Shown: positions 12,385 to 26,499 of the stretch, one piece after another
Layout: each line of letters begins with the position of its first letter
Position numbering within the stretch: the stretch's first letter is position 1
DNA from: Isurus oxyrinchus
Lineage: Eukaryota
Length of the DNA: 64,000 nt
Direction of reading: 5' to 3'
Assembly: GCA_026770705.1 (NCBI GenBank)
Contig: JANJGN010000021.1
Location: forward strand, 97,960,001 to 98,024,000
Notes under the pieces: generated by a model
The model's database searches: none
What the model was told of the DNA's origin: nothing
Seen by the model: the letters and a program-made list of their open reading frames with translations, nothing else
Program-made: the position numbers and the translations under genes

Positions 12385-13224
12385 CTAAACTGCCAAAGCC
12401 GTACTCAGTTGCCTACACATTTTAGGTTCAGTAGCAAAGCATATTTTTTGATTGGGAACAAACTGAATTCTCTAACTGTATCCAGCAATAGTTATTTTCG
12501 TGTGTGAGCAAGATGGTGAAATAACGAATGCTAAACTAGATTTCGTGTTCAGCTGTGCATTCAAAATGTTACCCAGCTAATAAAATACCGTCTACAAAAT
12601 GAGAACAGCTCAAAATTTACCATCTGAAAATTAGGAACAAAGACTTCCTTTTTTCTCCAACGACTTGCTCTCATCATGTTTATATTGGGTCAGCCTGAAG
12701 CAAAGCAAAATTGTTAGGTTTTTAAAGAAAAGGACAACGATTTTGTTACATATTTACAATATAATTGGATTAGTTTTGCGTAATTGATCCATTAGAATGT
12801 TGTATATGTTTCTGTAAGGAACAGTCCTGTAAGGAGTACCGAGAAGTGCGCAAACGAACGCAAACACCAGAGAACTCTGAAGTTTGATGAATTGAGGGCT
12901 GCTTGGCGTTTCAACGAGTCCGGAGGAGCCGCTCTAGAAATGAGTAAATTGGATTAGTAAACAGGAAGAATTTATTTCTTTAACATAAACAGTCATTCAT
13001 CGGAGATTGCGGTTGTAAGGGAGGGTGAGGTGATATGTGAAAAGATGATGTTTCTTTCGCTTTTTGTTCAGATCAGGGGCAAGTCCTAAACTTCTTTCCG
13101 TTAAATTTGGATCGGCATCTAATATATAGAGGTAAGAGAGTGCACCTCACAATCCGCCAGCCTGCAACTAACTAGTGGCTGAGATAGTGGCATAGTATGA
13201 GCTCGTATGTTGGAAAGGAGCCTG

Positions 13225-14127
13225 GCGATTGTGTGGTGTGAACATTACTTGCCAATTATCAACCTAGGTCTGAATGTCGTTCAGGTTTTACTGTATATTA
13301 ACATAGGCTGTATTAATATCGCAGAAGTTCCAAATTGTTTTTTTTTATTAATTCGCGGGATGTTGGCTTCTTTGGCTGGACCAGCATTTATTGCCCATTA
13401 TTAGTTGCCTTTGAGAAGTTCGTGGTGAACCGCCTTGTTGAACTGCTACAGTGCACGTGATGTAGATACACCCGCAGTGCTGTCAGGAAGGGAGTTCCAG
13501 GATTTTCCCCCAGTTACAGTGAAAGAACGGCGAAATATTTTCAATTCAGAGAGGTGAGTGAATTGGAGGGGAGCTTCCAGGTGGTGGTATTCCCGTCTAT
13601 CTGCTGCTCTTGTCCTTCTAGGTAGTAATGGTCGTGGGTTTGGAAGGTGCAGTCTAAAGACCCGGTTGATTCCTACAGTGCATTTTGTAGATGGTACACA
13701 CTGCTGCTACTGTGCGTCGATGGTGGAGAGAGTGAATGTTTGTGGAAGTGGTGCCAATCAAAGGGACTGCTTTATCTATGACAGTGTCCAGGTTCTTCAG
13801 TGTTGTAAGAGCTGCACTCATACAGGCAATTGGGGGAGTATTCCATCAAATTCCTGATTTGTGCCTTGTAGATGGTGAACAGGGTTTCGGGAGTCAGGAG
13901 ACGAGTTGCTCGTCTCACGATTCCTAGCCTCTGACCTCTTTTGTAGCCGCAGTATTTATATGGCTAGTCCCATTCAGTTTCTGGTCAATAGTAATCCCCA
14001 GATGTTGATAGTGGGGGATTCAGTGATGGTTATGTCCTTGAACATCAAGGGGTGATGGTTGGATCCTCTCTTGTTAGAGATGGTCATTGCATGACACTCG
14101 TGTGACGTGCATGACACTTGCCACTTG
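13225..14127 (-). mobile_element. CR1/L2-group LINE (family B) 3' fragment
   Basis: Antisense to 35450-36225; 3' tail near 13340. Confidence 0.8.
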
Positions 14128-14473
14128 TTTTATTATTTAAGCCCTAACACTGTTACTGTGGTTCAATGGTTCTTGGGTCAGTAGTTTCCCACTTTTTTTT
14201 AAAAAACAAAATAAAAGTTATGATCAGTAGGCCAAGATCCCCCCTGGAATTTGACATATTTGAAGAGCATCCTGCCATCTGTCATATTCACCCTTTATTT
14301 AATTCATAATAAGCTGTATCACGTTCGTTACCCAGTGAATTCTTGGTTTCCTTTCCTAACATTCTCCCATGTGGAATTGTATATCGAACGTACATGTACC
14401 ATCTCCTCGTTAAATGCAGGATCATTGTTCATTAATGATTATGTTTGCCAATATTTGCTTCAAAATCACTTGG

Positions 14474-17400
14474 TGTGAAGATATTGTTACTATATTATTG
14501 TTTTGGAATATGGTAGGATTCTGTAAAGGTTGTGAGCATGTGAGAGTGTGTACGAGTTTGTACGTGTGCATGTTTGTGTTTGTGTGTGTGTGCGTGTGTA
14601 AGTAAACTGGGGGAAGATTGATAAAGACAGCCTCTCAATGGAACAGATAGATGGAAGATATAGTGTCTAGATGCATGCATTTGTAATGAGAGGCTATGGT
14701 GAAGTTGATATATATGATTAAATAGGTTGGGTTTTACAATTTGCATTAGGTGATTGGTAAGGATTTGATTTATCAGATGTTTAACTTCAAAAGGGAGTTT
14801 ATAAGTGACAGGAAGCCTTTTTGAATTACAAAAGTTTCACAAGAAAATAAGGGAAGACCAACAATTTTATTTTACTCGAAAGTTGAGGCATTGGGAAGGC
14901 ATGAAATACTTTTATATTTTGGGAACTTTGAGCTCAAAGAGGTGTTGGGACATTGGAATCCAGGGTTGGGGGTGGGGGGTGGGGGGCAGCTATTTAAGCG
15001 ACATATTGTGTTAAGTTTTATGGCGGTGTGAGGGAGATGCCTTGAGGCCAGCTCTGTCCTGAGAAAAGTTGTGAATTTGAAGCAAACATTCAGTTTCAAG
15101 CCACAAAAGCCTTTGTTTTCATAAACGACTTTGTTTCTGAACTTCCTTTGGTTTTCCACAGCAGCGTGGAAGAGAGTGAAAAGTTGTGTGGTATGTTTTA
15201 TTAGAGTAGCAGGAAGTTTTGCCTTGGGTAATATTGCTGGAATGTTATGGTTAAATCTGTAAGGGAGGTTTTGTCTAATAGTTTAGTTGTGTGTTATGAC
15301 CAAGGTAGTATTTTGGGGGAATATTTTGTAAGGCTGTTTTCACTGCGTAATGTTAACTTTGTGTGCTTAAGCTTTATTCTTCTTGTAAATAAATATTTTA
15401 ATTTTAAAATGCTAAAACTTTTACTGTAGTTCTATGGTTCTGAGATCTGTAGTTCCCTCCTCGTTTTAAAAATACAAAGAAAAAGAGTTATGATTGGTGA
15501 GCCAAGTTTCCTTCTGGAATTTGGATTTTCATCGAATAAAAAATGTTGTGGCTTTTTGCAGGGTTTTAAAATTCTTTGATTGGTTTAGATTGGTTTGGAG
15601 TTTGTGAATCCAAAGTGTAAGAGTACGAGTAGAATATTGAACTCAGGATTTTTAAACTGTGCGATTTTATAGTGGTTGGACTGCAAATGGCTTGGGAAAA
15701 TGCTGAGACTTTTTTGGGAATGGAAGATGTGACTATGGAGTATTTGAAATCTCTGACTACCGCTAAACAGAGTGATTTAGCAGAGAAAGTGCAGGTGGAA
15801 ATAAAAGCAAAAATCCGCAATGTTGATACAGCCAAAGTACTTACCAAACATGTAAATTTAGAAGAGCCACCCGAAACTAATGTGTCACACTGGAGGTAGT
15901 AAGACTTCAGTTGCAAATGATAAGACTTGATATAGAAAGAGATATGGAAAGGCAGAAGCTTGAAGTGGGAAAAAAAGGAATGGAAATGAAAATAAAACTC
16001 GAACTGGAGGAACGAGAGAAAGAAAGAAGGATGAAAACGATTGAATTGGAAGAAAAAGAATGATAAAGAGAAATTAAAGAGAAAACTCCAGATGAAAGAA
16101 ATAAAATTTAAAGTAGTTCATTGGGAAAAAAAGAGGGGCAAGAAAAATAGAAACACAAAGTGCAATAAATGGAAATCTGAAAGGTTAAGTTTGAGTACGA
16201 GAGAGAGAAGGATCTCAGACATCATACCCTGGCTAGGGAAAAGACTAGGATAAATCAAACATAGATAGATAATGATCCAGGTTGATTAGTTTGATTCCTT
16301 TGAGGGATTGGATTTAAATAAAAAATCTTTGGTAGGTCCCTAAATGTACGGAGGCTGAGGTTGAAATATATTTCACGTGAGTTGGGAAGATAACTATGAA
16401 ATTGAATTGGCCAAGAGATGCTTGGACTATAATGTTACAGGATGATGTTTTTCAGGTACAGCAATTAATGTGTTTTCTAGCTTGACATAAGAGCAATATG
16501 CAGACTAAGACTTAAAATAAACAGGTGATACTAAATACTTTGAGATCATCTGTGAAGCTTATCAGTTGATATTTAGGACTGCGAGGCAGAGGTATGCTCA
16601 AACATTGTTAGAATTTGCAAGAGAGAAAATAAAACACTCTCTGGGAGCAATGATTTAGGGCGTTAAAGTTAGACAAATCTTTTGAGAGATTATGATTATG
16701 CAAGAATTTATAAATATTATTCCAGTAACTATTAAGACATATTTAAATGAAAGACAAAGTAAACGGATCAGGGCACCTTCTGTTTTACGCATTGCTTCAG
16801 ATATTTCATACAGACTGTTGAATGTAGGAAAAGGAACTTGTGGGGCTTAGCAAGGAAATTGGAGGTATAGAAAACCTAGTGATGGTACAGGTGTTAGTAA
16901 AAAGGAGCAAGTTGAAGGACACCAGTCTGTGAAGGATAGGAAGATGGAAGGAAATGGTGAAAAAAGAAGATTAGTATGATAGCATTGTAACAAGGCTGGA
17001 CATACAAGATCAAATTGTTGGAGGTTAAATGGGAAACCAATTGCATTGAAAGGATCTCAGAAGAGTTATGTAAGTATGTGTGCTGTGGTCTCTGAGACCT
17101 AGGTGCAAGACAGACTAGTAGCCTTTGAAGAGCTGAAAGAGGAAGAGCCAATATTAGCTGGACAGGTGGGAACGTGTTAGCAACCTATCCAAAGAGGTTC
17201 TGAAGGCTCAGTTACAGATATTTTTTTTTAAATATGTTATATTCAAAGGAAAGCATATCAATACGTTTGAAGAAGAGCAGCGGACGAAATGACGGTCATA
17301 AGAGACACTGGGGTGAGCCAGATGTTAATAGAATGGGATTTTGTCATCTGCTGTCCAGAAGGATTATTGCTGAACAAAGTGTTAGTTAATGGAATCTATA

Positions 17401-20400
17401 GGGCTTTAAGGCTATTTCGTTACTGACACAAACATTTAAAAAATTGAAAATAGAGGTGGTTGTTTGAGTGGTGGAGAATTTGCTATTGCAACATTTCAAT
17501 TTATTCTGGGAAATGATATACCTGAATCAAAAATTTTGACTATGCCTACTTTAGCAGATGGACCTGTTGTGATGCAATCTATGGAGGTTTCCCAGAAGGA
17601 GCATCCTGGACTCTTTCCAGATTGTATGGTGACAACGTCACAGACACACAAAATTAACGAGATAGAGCAGGAATCTAAGAGATAAGGGGAGTATACTGAA
17701 CTTCAAGTTGGGTGGATAAATCTTTGAAAAGATTACACAGCAGGAGGAGGTTAGAGAGGTTGCGGCTGAGGCATTATTGCTTTGAAGTTCGTGGAGTTAC
17801 AGCAGCAGCACCCAGGCTTAAAGCAGTCATACCTGACAGCTTATTATGGAACAGAAGCAGAATACATTCCAGAAGGTTTTAGCTTTAAATACAACGCGTT
17901 AAATCGGAAATGGAGACCACCTTACACCACTGCAGGTGAAAAGTGGGCGATAGTGCACCAAATAGACATAGCTACTCAGTAACAATGTAATTTTGAGAGC
18001 AGCTTATGAAATTCCAATGGCGGGACAGTTAGGAATTAGGAAAATTCAAGCTAAGTGACAAAGACATTTCTATTGGCATAGACTACATAATGCTGTCAAT
18101 CATGTGATAGGTAAAATGATAGGTAAAGCTCAAACAGGAATTAAACTTGCACCAATTCCAATTCCAACATTTGATGTGCTTTTTTACGGGGCCCTGATTG
18201 ATTGTGTAGGCCCCTTCCTTAAGACTAAGAATGGAAACCAATATTTACTGACAATCAAGGATATGTCCAGAAAATTTCCAGAAGCAATGCCTTTCAAGAA
18301 AATGACAGCAAAGACGATTATAGAAGAGCTAACCAAATTATTTATAAGATATGGATGAAGAAAATAAATACAGTCCTATCAGGGTTCGAATTTCATGTCA
18401 CAGTTATTTAAATAAATAATAAATAATTAATAAATAAATAATAAATAATGAAAAGCAATAAGGAATAAAGCAATTTAGGTAATCAGCCTAAGACTCTTTT
18501 CACAACGTGCCTTAAAAATGTGGCATCAAACTTTAAAGGCTATGATTATAGCATAGAGTCATGATCTCTTTTCTATGGTTCTATTGGGAGAGGTCTGGAG
18601 GGTTATGGACTAGGTGCAGGTCAATGGGATTAGCGGTATAAAATTTCGGCACAGACTAGAAGGGCCGAATGGCCTGTTTTCTGTGCTGTGATGTTCTATG
18701 GTTCTATGGTTCTAAATCCCAAAGGATGGGTGTCGAGGGATTCCATTCTTGTTCTTTTTTCTATTAGGGGCGCCCTTAAATGTTCAACTGGGTTCAATAA
18801 TTTCATGTTAATTTATGGTCGTGAATAAAGGGTGCCATTCAAATTGGTTCAGGAGAAATTAGTGACTCAAATTTCTGAAACTACTTTCCTTGATTATGTG
18901 ACGAAATTCAGAGAATGATTGAGAAGGGCATGTGAGTTAGCTGGGGAGAATTTAAACGTATCACAGCAAGTGATGAAGGCAAATGTGGATACCACAACAA
19001 AGGCTCGTAGTTTTGTCGCTGGAGAAACATTGTTAAAGGCAAGGTTTAGTGGTCCTGACCAGATTGAAAAGAAATTGGGTGAGGTAAACAAAGTAGTGAA
19101 TAGGAGTGAGAGTCAGCGAGTGTGCCATGTAAACATGCCGAAACGGTTCTTTGACAGATAGGAAAATAAGAATGAGATCCTGAGAGTGGTAGGTAATGAG
19201 GAGGAAACATAAGTGAAAGATTCTGAAATTGACATTTATCTGATTAGCTGAACAAGTGCTTAAAATTCTAAATGTGATATTAAGTTACCTTCCAGAAAAA
19301 TAGTCGAAGTGATTTACAAGAGCTGTTGCAATCACGCACAATAATTTATGGGAAGAGGCCAGGGAAAACAAATTTGGCTTTGCATGGTGTACATATAAGG
19401 GATTCATTTCCAATAAGGGAGCACCCATATATATTAAATGCAGTAATATTTGCTTAAGTGCAGAAATAAATTGAATTTATGCTCGAAAATGACATCATTG
19501 AACACAGTCAGAGGATTTGTTATGGTGTCAAAACGAAATGGTTGACACAGACTATTTATTGATTACAACAAAGTAAATGCAGTAACAAATGGAGATTCAT
19601 ATTCTCTTTCACGATTGGAGGATTGTATCGAAAGAGTGGGATAGTCAGCGTTTATTACAAAAATTGACTTGTTGCGAGGATACTGGCAATTACTCTTATT
19701 GGAAAGGGCAAACGAGATATAAGCTTTTCTGACGCTGGACGGTGTATATCAATGCAAAGTATTGACAATTGGTGTGAACAATACACCAGCAACATTTCAG
19801 ATACCAAAGTGATTGGCAGACTGAACAATTGTGCTGTCTATATTGATGACTTAGTGGTATTCAGACAATTCGGTTACAAATTTGGCTAAAAGTGAATTTG
19901 TAAAAGCGAAAGTTACATATTCAGGCATACCATTGGCCATAGTTAAATGGCTCCGAGAGATACGAAAGTATAAGCTATTGTAGAGTTCCCAGTGCCTAAA
20001 ACGAAACGGGAAATTTTGAGATTTCTTGGCATGAATTAATTTTATGGTAAATTCGTGTCAAATTTCAGCAGTGTCTTTGCTCCGCAGGCTGGGTTACTGA
20101 AGAGATTGCAATGGCCACAGGAATGTCAAACTACATTTGACAAATTGAAAGGCGTAGCAACAACTGTTGTAGCAGCACGTGATCATACAACGCAGTTTAA
20201 AATGGCCGTTGGCGCCAGGGATGTGGATATTGGTTCAGTGTTGCTGCAGGAAGATGAATTGGGACTTGAGAAACCAGTGGGGTATTTTTCATGGAAGTTG
20301 AATATGCGTCAGAAGAAGCATTCACTTATACAAAAAAGAGACTTTACGTTTGCTTTAGCGTTGTAGAATATGAAGTGTATGCTGCAAACAATTCTTCAGA

Positions 20401-21818
20401 GACAGTTGTATATATGATTCATAATGCTTTGACGTTTTCTCAAAAAAGTCGAGATAAAAATGACAGACTGTTCCAGTGGAGTTTGTTATTGGAACCGTTC
20501 AATTTAAAAAGTCATACATATGGCTGCACGAGAAAATTTAATTGCAGATACGTTGAGAAGACCTATAGTTCAGAAAGACTTGGGTGCTGGGGGATTGAGA
20601 ATGGACTGGAATACATTTTATTCTTACAAAAGAATTGTATATATTTTCATGGTTGATGCATGTACACCATGTTGTGACAGTGTATTAAGTAGTAATAAAT
20701 TGACTTAGAAAATGAAAACGTCTTTTTGAAATGTGATGTTTCTTTTTCTCAGTTGACGGTGGTATGAAGATGGATTTTTGTTTACTTTGGGGATTATGGT
20801 GCTATTCTCTAAAGAAGGATTTGAGGGCTTTTGAGTGTGCGTCTGTGTGGGTGTGTGTTAAACTTGTGGAAGATAAATCAAGACACCTTGACTGTGGGAA
20901 CAGAAAGGCGAAGGTAAAAACACTAGATGCATGCACTTGTAATGAGAGACCATGGTGAAGTTGAATGTACTAGGACTTAGGTTGGCTTTTGAAATTAGAA
21001 TTTGATGATAGTTAAGGACTTGACTTTTCATCTCTTGAATTTAAAGGAAGCTTAGAAGCGACACTGGCTTTTTACAGCCTGCAAATGGTTTATAGCTAAA
21101 CTAGGGAAGGTTGTTACCTTTTATTTTATTCGAAAGTTGAGGCAACAGGGAGACACAAAATATTTCTGTATTTTGAAAATGTTGAGTTCTAAGATGTGCT
21201 TAGGACAATGGATTCTAGGATAAAAGTTGGGGGGGGGGGGGGACAGATATTGAAGAGGCATGTTTAGTTGAGCTGGATGGCTGTGTGGGGGATATGTCCT
21301 GAGACCAGACCTTTGCTGAAAGAAGAGGTAGATTTGAAGCAGCCATCTATTTTCAAGACAGAAAGATCTTTATTTTCAGAAAGAAGCCTGTTTCTGAACT
21401 TCCTTAGGTTTTCCGCAGCAGGGCGGAAGAGAGTGAGAAGTCGTGTTGTATACTTTATTAAAGTGGCAGCAGTTTTTGACTTGGGTAATGTTACTGGATT
21501 CGTATGGTTAAAATTTATAAGTTGCCAAGTAGTTTACTTGTTTGTTCTGACCAAGTTTTTTTTTTGGTGGGATGTAGGGCGTTATTTTGTAAGACATTGT
21601 AACAGTGCGATTTTAATCTTGTGTGTTTAATGTTCTTTTGCTGTGAATAAATATTTTGATTTTAAAATTCTAAAAGTGTTACTGTAATTCTATGCTTTTG
21701 CAAATAGTATTTTCCCTTTGTTTTCAAAATATATATTAATAAAAGCTATGATCAGTAAGAAATGTTTCCCACTGAGATTTGGTTTGATCAGCGAATAACA
21801 TCCGCTGCATTTGTGACA
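14474..21818 (+). mobile_element. Full-length decayed Gypsy LTR retrotransposon, Gmr1-like order; LTRs about 14474-15550 and 20763-21818
   Basis: The two LTRs are colinear (CTAGATGCATGCA.TTGTAATGAGA...ATGGTGAAGTTGA; TTTCTGAACTTCCTT.G.TTTTCC.CAGCA). TG...CA ends with flanks TTGG/CTGG. Internal order: gag (15672-), knuckle CNKAGHTRSNC (~16985), protease IRDTG (~17300), integrase DCVGP (18104-18358), RT YIDD (~19840), RNase H (20055-20656). Confidence 0.92.
18571..18714 (+). mobile_element. Short CR1 3' end with (TTCTATGG)n tail, inserted in the Gypsy integrase region
   Basis: GGGCCGAATGGCCTGTTTTCTGTGCTGTG followed by an octamer tail; TTCTATGGTTCTA occurs at both ends. Confidence 0.85.
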
Positions 21819-22029
21819 CTGGGACAGGTCCTTTCTCGTCTCACTTTTCTTGGCCCTCCTCCAGTTATTATTTACTCTAGATTGCTCCATGTTGGCAAAC
21901 TGAAAACTTACTATATTTCGGTCGCCATTCGCTAAGTGTTCTCATGCTGCCATTTGTTCCAGCTGACTCACCTTAACCACAGAAAGTGACACAAGATCTC
22001 TCCTTCATAGGAATCAGAAAATCTAACCG

Positions 22030-22395
22030 CTGAATTAGAATAAATTAATCAATACGCAATGAGAAATTCATAGATAGTTGCTGGATTGAAATAATTTAAT
22101 CAATACACAGTGAAGCAGTTCACAACTAATCGACTACTTGGAATAAATTAAGCTTTACCTAGTGAATACATTCACAGTTAATTGTTGAATTGAAATAAAT
22201 TAATCAACACACAACGAACTAATCAACAGTTAACTGTTAATTGCAATGAATGAAGCAATACACAGGTAATCAATACATTTTCTTGTTGAATAGGAATAAA
22301 TTAAACAGTAAACTACGAGTAAGTTCACAATTGATTGGAATATATCAATCAATTTACAGTGAGTATATTCACAGGTACTTGTTATGTTGAAATTG
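22030..22395. repeat. Degenerate AT-rich minisatellite, ~51-bp unit, about 7 copies
   Basis: Recurring TGAATTG.AATAAATTAATCAATACAC..TGA....TTCACA. Confidence 0.85.
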
Positions 22396-23399
22396 ATATA
22401 ATACCTATGTTATTGGAAATAATGCTTCAATATTTTTTGAATGTTGGGTATAACAAATCCAATTCAGGGGGGTCATCATTTCAATTAGTTATTAAATTAG
22501 CAATGAAAACCAATATAGAACAGGATAACGATATAGGTTGGTGTTCAATGTAACATTGTAAATGTTACACAGAAAGAAAAACTACAGGTTATTAACTCGT
22601 TGAAAACACTGTGCAGAGTGAGAGGATAGATCCTGTCGGCTGGTCCATATCAGCAACATATTAAGTAAAGGTAAACGTCCCTGCACTTTGAGAACCTGTA
22701 GTCAGGGTTCAAATTAAATATCATGACATCAAAGACTGTCAGTTTCGGATCATTAACTTAACCATGTTCAGTCAGAGAGGATAAGCAGATTGATGAAGTG
22801 AATATATGCCTAATGCAGTGGCTATCGAAAGACAGGTTCATTTTTATGCAAAACTAGCATCATCATTCGAAAGAGACAGGGACTATCTCCAATGGAATGA
22901 AGAAATACCTCAGAACTGAAATATTAACTTTGTTTCACTCTTCACGAAGTCATCTGACCTGCTGTGGTATTTCCAACATTTCCTGTTCTCATTTTACACG
23001 AACTGGGTCGGAACCATGGTCCCAGCAGAAAAAAAAAATGAATAAAGTGGCCACGTGTACTTAAAACAAATAAGTTCATGCCTCAGGAATTCTGAAAAAT
23101 GCAGTAGAAATTAAAATATTTACTAAAATATCTTAAAACATTTAATATATATAAACAAACAAAGGAGAAGGCAGCAGAGTAAGAGTCTGAAATTATATTT
23201 TAGACAATAAAGAGGAAACTAAAATATGCAAAATATTTAACCAGATGAGGAAAGGATAGGTCCTACGCCTAAACCAATTTCCTTCAAACGCAGAAGAGAA
23301 AGAACAATTTGAGTGAAATACAGGCACACATTCCATTTGGAGGGTATAACGTGGCAACTATTACTGAGGCAAAATTGCAAGTTGGCCTGGTCTTATACT

Positions 23400-24400
23400 G
23401 AATGTACCACTTTATGACGTCTACAGGAGAATGGGGAAACTGGCAGTGCGGCAAGGGGTGATTAAGTGCAAAAATAGTTCAATAACAAGAACGTAAATAA
23501 CGAGAGCAAAGTAGGCAGTGGAAATTTGATGAATGCAATTACGACATGAACAAAGATTTAAGACTGCTGTGGGAGTTGTGGCTCTGCACTTTGACTGTGA
23601 AGTTGTAGATTACTATCAATTTTGATTGGCGATAAATATATATTATAGAAGGCAATGTTTTAAAGAGGGTTATGAACTACCCTGAAGATTGGAAAGGCAG
23701 ACGGGTTGATCTGAGAAAGGGAGATAATTTCTCCAGTCCGTTCAGGATGATCTTATGCAAATCTGTGTCACACAACGATAGGGGAGCAGCCCATATCAGG
23801 TTTTAAAATACATAATGATCCATATTTAGCGGAGAGCCTAATGGTACGCATATATTTAGCTCATAACGCTCATAACATGACAGTTAAAATTATGCTCGGA
23901 AGGAAGAGATGCAGAGACACTTTCTCAATTATGTTAAGCTTTTATTCGACCGGATAAGGTGATTGTCCAGGTGAAACGTTGGCAATAGAAGTGTTGGCAT
24001 AACAGGAGTAGCCAGAATTCACAAAAAAATTAAAGTGGAACTACATCAATTTTACCCCTAATGTAGCAGATCGACATACTCCAAAATAAATGCTATCTTG
24101 GCAAGAGGTAAGATCCGACTAAAAGTAAAGGCATGCAAAAATGCAAGAAAAAGAAAGATCTTGGAGGTTCAGAAAGAAAAAAGAACCAACATTGATAAAA
24201 AAGATAGTAAGGAGCAAACAAGTGGCAGTGTGAACAGTAACCTCCGAACATTATTAAAATTAAAACCTCATCTACAATTACATAAGGAAAGGAGACTGGT
24301 CTACTGTAATGTGGTTTCTTCAAAGCTGATAATGTTGATGTTGTCAATGAAAATAAAGAAATAGCCAGCAAGTGGTATATTTGATATGCATCATTATTTT
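23400..24400 (+). mobile_element. Very old CR1 ORF2 (endonuclease region) remnant
   Basis: Weak resemblance to CR1 endonuclease-region motifs near 23730-23800; A-rich LINE-like composition. Confidence 0.4.
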
Positions 24401-24430
24401 TTCCGTAGAATTAAAGGGTAAGTAACATAC

Positions 24431-24550
24431 TGGACACCTCAAGGAAACCAGTGTTAATTCCAGCATGGGGATCCATCTAAATTAACAGAAACAAAATAAC
24501 TGTAATGAAGACAATAATGCTGCTAAAAAGCAACAAATCTCCAGGGCCAG
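24431..24550 (-). pseudogene. Candidate MHC class I transmembrane exon with in-frame TAG
   Basis: TGCAG acceptor, GTATGT donor, 120 nt, phase 1/1 as required after alpha3. Reads (A)GPGDLLLFSSIIVFITVILFLLI*MDPHAGINTGFLEVS. It lies 7.5 kb from alpha3, so the link is inferred. Confidence 0.5.
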
Positions 24551-24569
24551 CTGCATTCAATGTGTGGTG

Positions 24570-24679
24570 AAAGAGAGAGAGTATATGTGTGTGAGGGAGA
24601 GAATGTATGTGTGTGTTTGTGTGAGACAGTGAGAGAACGTGTATGTTGAGACAGTGAGAGAATGTGTGTGTGAGACAGT

Positions 24680-24713
<34 letters not shown>

Positions 24714-25500
24714 ATGTGTGTGTAAATAAATGCTATGATGTTTCAAGTGCGCATCTAAATGCTTCTTAAATGTTGTGAGGGTTCCTGCCTCTACCAGCCT
24801 ATCAGGCAGTGTGTTCCAAATTCTAACCACCCTCTGGGTGAAAAAAAATCCTCAAATCCCCTCTAAACCTCCTGCCCCTTACATTAAGTCTATGCCCCCT
24901 GGTTATTGGTGCCTCTGCTAAGGGAAAATATTTCTTCCTTTCTACCTTATCTATGCCCCTCATAATTTTGTGCACTTCTATCAGGTTCACCCTCAGCCTT
25001 CTCTGCTCTAAGGCAAACAACTCTAGTCTATCCAGTCTCTCTTCATAGCTTCCAGCCCAGGCAACATCCTAGTGAATCTCCTCTGCACCCTCTCCAGTGC
25101 AATCATATCCTTTCTATAGTGTGGCGACCAGAACTGCACACACTACTCCAGCTGTGGCCTAACTAACATCTTATAGAGCTCCAACATAATCTCCCTGCTC
25201 TTATATTCTATGCCTCAGCTAACAAAGGCAAGTATCCCATATGCCTTCTTAACCATATTATGTACCTGTGCTGCTGCCTTCAGGCATTTATGGACATGTA
25301 CACCAAGGTCCCTCTGATCTTCTGTACTGCCTAGGGTCCTACCATTGCGTGCGTGTGTATGTGTCTGTGTGTCTATATGTGAGAGTGTTTATGTGTGAGA
25401 GAGTGTGTGTATGAGAAAGAAAATCTGTGTGAGAGAGAGTGAGCATGCATGTGTGAGAGTGTATATGTATATGTGTGAGAGAGAAGTGTGTGCATGCACA
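24570..25500 (-). mobile_element. CR1 3' fragment (24730-25345) inside a compound GT/GA microsatellite
   Basis: LEQRRLRVNLIEVHKIMRGIDKV and VRIWNTLPDRLVEAGTLTTFKKHLD; microsatellite on both sides. Confidence 0.9.
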
Positions 25501-26499
25501 GACCTGCTGAGTTTTTCCAGCATTTTCTGTTTAATTTATAATCTTTCCGAAATTTGCTCAGTGGCTCCTTGAGTAAGAGATAAATGGAAATGTGACCCTT
25601 CATGTGAAAAGGTTGGGCAAATTTGGTATGGATACACGGTATTGGGAAGGGTCTTCTTCTCATAACAGAGAAGTCAATAATCAGGTGGAAAGATGAGAGA
25701 GGATTCAAGGGGAATTAGAGGGTGCTGGGAGTCTGGAGGCCATTACCTAAAAGGGTTGTAGAGGCAGACACCGTTCTAGCATTTAAATAATACTTAGATA
25801 TACACTTCAGGTGCCATAACCTATAGGGCTAAGGCCGAACAGTTTGGAAATGGGATTTGCTTGGATATCTTATTTTCAGCTGGCACAGGCACAATGGGAT
25901 GAATTCCTCCTGTGCAGTAAACCTCTATGATTCTTTGACAAACATATGTAATACTGAATCATGGGGAAAACCTAACATAAACCCAGTGACCAATTTCAGA
26001 AAAACTCAACACCCTGAGGGAAACTGAGTAGCTGACTGGATGTCACATCTGGAATTTCATGATAGTGGAAGTGTTAAACTCCAGCCGAAACACATCTTCA
26101 GCTTCAGACTGTAGAGCACCAACATCTTCAGAAGGGCAATCCTTAAGTTCACTTTTGAAATGTGTGACCCAGTCTGTAACATGCATAACAGGGGAGAGAC
26201 ACTGAGCTCAGATTCCACCCTGAGTTTGTTTTGCAATGAGAGACAGACAATGAACTCAGATTCCAACGTAACATTAAACAGTAACATTAGCTATCAAAGA
26301 CCAGTTTGAATAACAGTAATGAGTCTGCTTACACTATCAGTGATATTCATACCTCTAGGCAGTGGTGGTGGAGTCTGATGCAGATTCAATATCAGGAGCT
26401 GTTAAAAGGATAAGCTTCAAAACAAAATGTTCACAATCAGAGACAGGCACAGAGTGTGAGTGGACCCAGTTGAGCTGTAATTTTCCAGGAGAGATCAGA

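Noticed and set aside
26040-26173. Possible extra exon after a good minus-strand acceptor (DWVTHFKSELKDCPSEDV...)
   Set aside because: No recognisable domain, an in-frame stop and no convincing donor.
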